From: Escherichia coli
GTDB lineage: Bacteria; Pseudomonadota; Gammaproteobacteria; Enterobacterales; Enterobacteriaceae
Strand: one strand, 5' to 3'
DNA: 64,000 nucleotides
Assembly (NCBI RefSeq): GCF_044324875.1
Contig: NZ_CP172185.1
Part shown: positions 63,617 through 64,000 of the stretch, in pieces
How positions within the stretch are numbered: the first letter of the stretch is position 1
How the letters are laid out: each line of letters starts with the position of its first letter
The notes under the pieces: generated by a model
Databases searched by the model: none
What the model was told of the DNA's origin: nothing
What the model saw: the letters and a program-made list of their open reading frames with translations, nothing else
Made by a program: the position numbers and the translations under genes

Positions 63617-63979
63617 TCAGCCTGCCGTCGCCGCCACGCTCTTCCCGCCAGAGTCCTGACCGGCCAAAAAATTAACCGCCACCCCGCACAGCTGAATAAA
63701 ATCAGCGGACCCCATGCGCTTAAGCAGAACCTCGTCCAGTCGCGGCGAAGTGACGCGCGGGAGTAACTCAAACATCGCGTCCGTTTTCATGTTCAGCACG
63801 TCAAGCAGTGACAGCCCGCGCAGTGAACCGGCCTGCTGTACAGCAGGCGTGATTTCCACATACGTGATTTTTTTGTTACCGAGCACAAGGGGCGTTTTCA
63901 GCGTCACGCCGCGCTCACTGGTCACGTCCGCCGCATCAGCACCGTCAGTAACAGGGGCAACAACCGGATTTTCTTTCAT
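63617..63979 (-). CDS. Tail tube-associated protein E-like (zero-frame product)
   Basis: 120 aa; immediately upstream of tape measure; contains slippery heptamer near 3' end. Confidence 0.72.
   Translation of the reverse strand: MKENPVVAPVTDGADAADVTSERGVTLKTPLVLGNKKITYVEITPAVQQAGSLRGLSLLDVLNMKTDAMFELLPRVTSPRLDEVLLKRMGSADFIQLCGVAVNFLAGQDSGGKSVAATAG
63665..63671 (-). other. Candidate programmed -1 frameshift site (T TTT TTG) for E/E+E'
   Basis: Minus-strand AAT TTT TTG in E frame; -1 frame stays open ~63 codons and stops (TGA) overlapping tape-measure ATG. Confidence 0.55.
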
Positions 63980-64000
63980 GCATAAAACCTCAAATCAGGG

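Larger units (their letters stand above)
31154..64000. mobile_element. P2-like (Peduovirus-type) prophage, left end; continues beyond window; attL expected within ~110 bp below 31154
   Basis: Contiguous P2-type gene order from int through tail genes; see individual CDS entries. Confidence 0.88.

Overview
This window has two parts. Positions 1 to about 31,050 are conserved Escherichia coli-type chromosome in the order elyC(partial)-ycbJ-kdsB-ycaR-ycaQ-lpxK-msbA-ycaI-ihfB-rpsA-cmk-ycaL-aroA-serC-ycaP-ycaO-focA-pflB-pflA-ycaM-ycaD-ycaC-dmsCBA, with recognisable terminators and FNR sites. From about 31,150 to the window end is a P2-like (Peduovirus-type) prophage that starts with a tyrosine integrase directly upstream of dmsA and runs off the window inside the tail genes. 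The prophage order is int, C-like repressor, Cox-like protein, a block of small early genes, replication protein A, a cargo region carrying an IS21-family element (istA/istB) with a 6-bp target duplication, then portal, terminase, capsid, lysis, baseplate and tail-fibre genes, then tail protein U, tape measure and tube protein E on the opposite strand. I could not assign a named defence system from sequence alone. The best candidates for undescribed accessory functions are (a) a divergent membrane-protein / Myb-like HTH pair followed by a structured region with TTGCAAC repeats inside the early operon, (b) the small-gene operon after gene A, at the position of the P2 tin/old locus, and (c) a 168-aa ORF with a roughly 490-bp structured leader next to the portal gene. 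The E-T-U tail module is inverted relative to canonical P2 and no gpD follows U, so the prophage is rearranged and possibly defective. All identifications come from reading the six-frame translations and recalling protein families; no database search was run, and coordinates of short sites are approximate.
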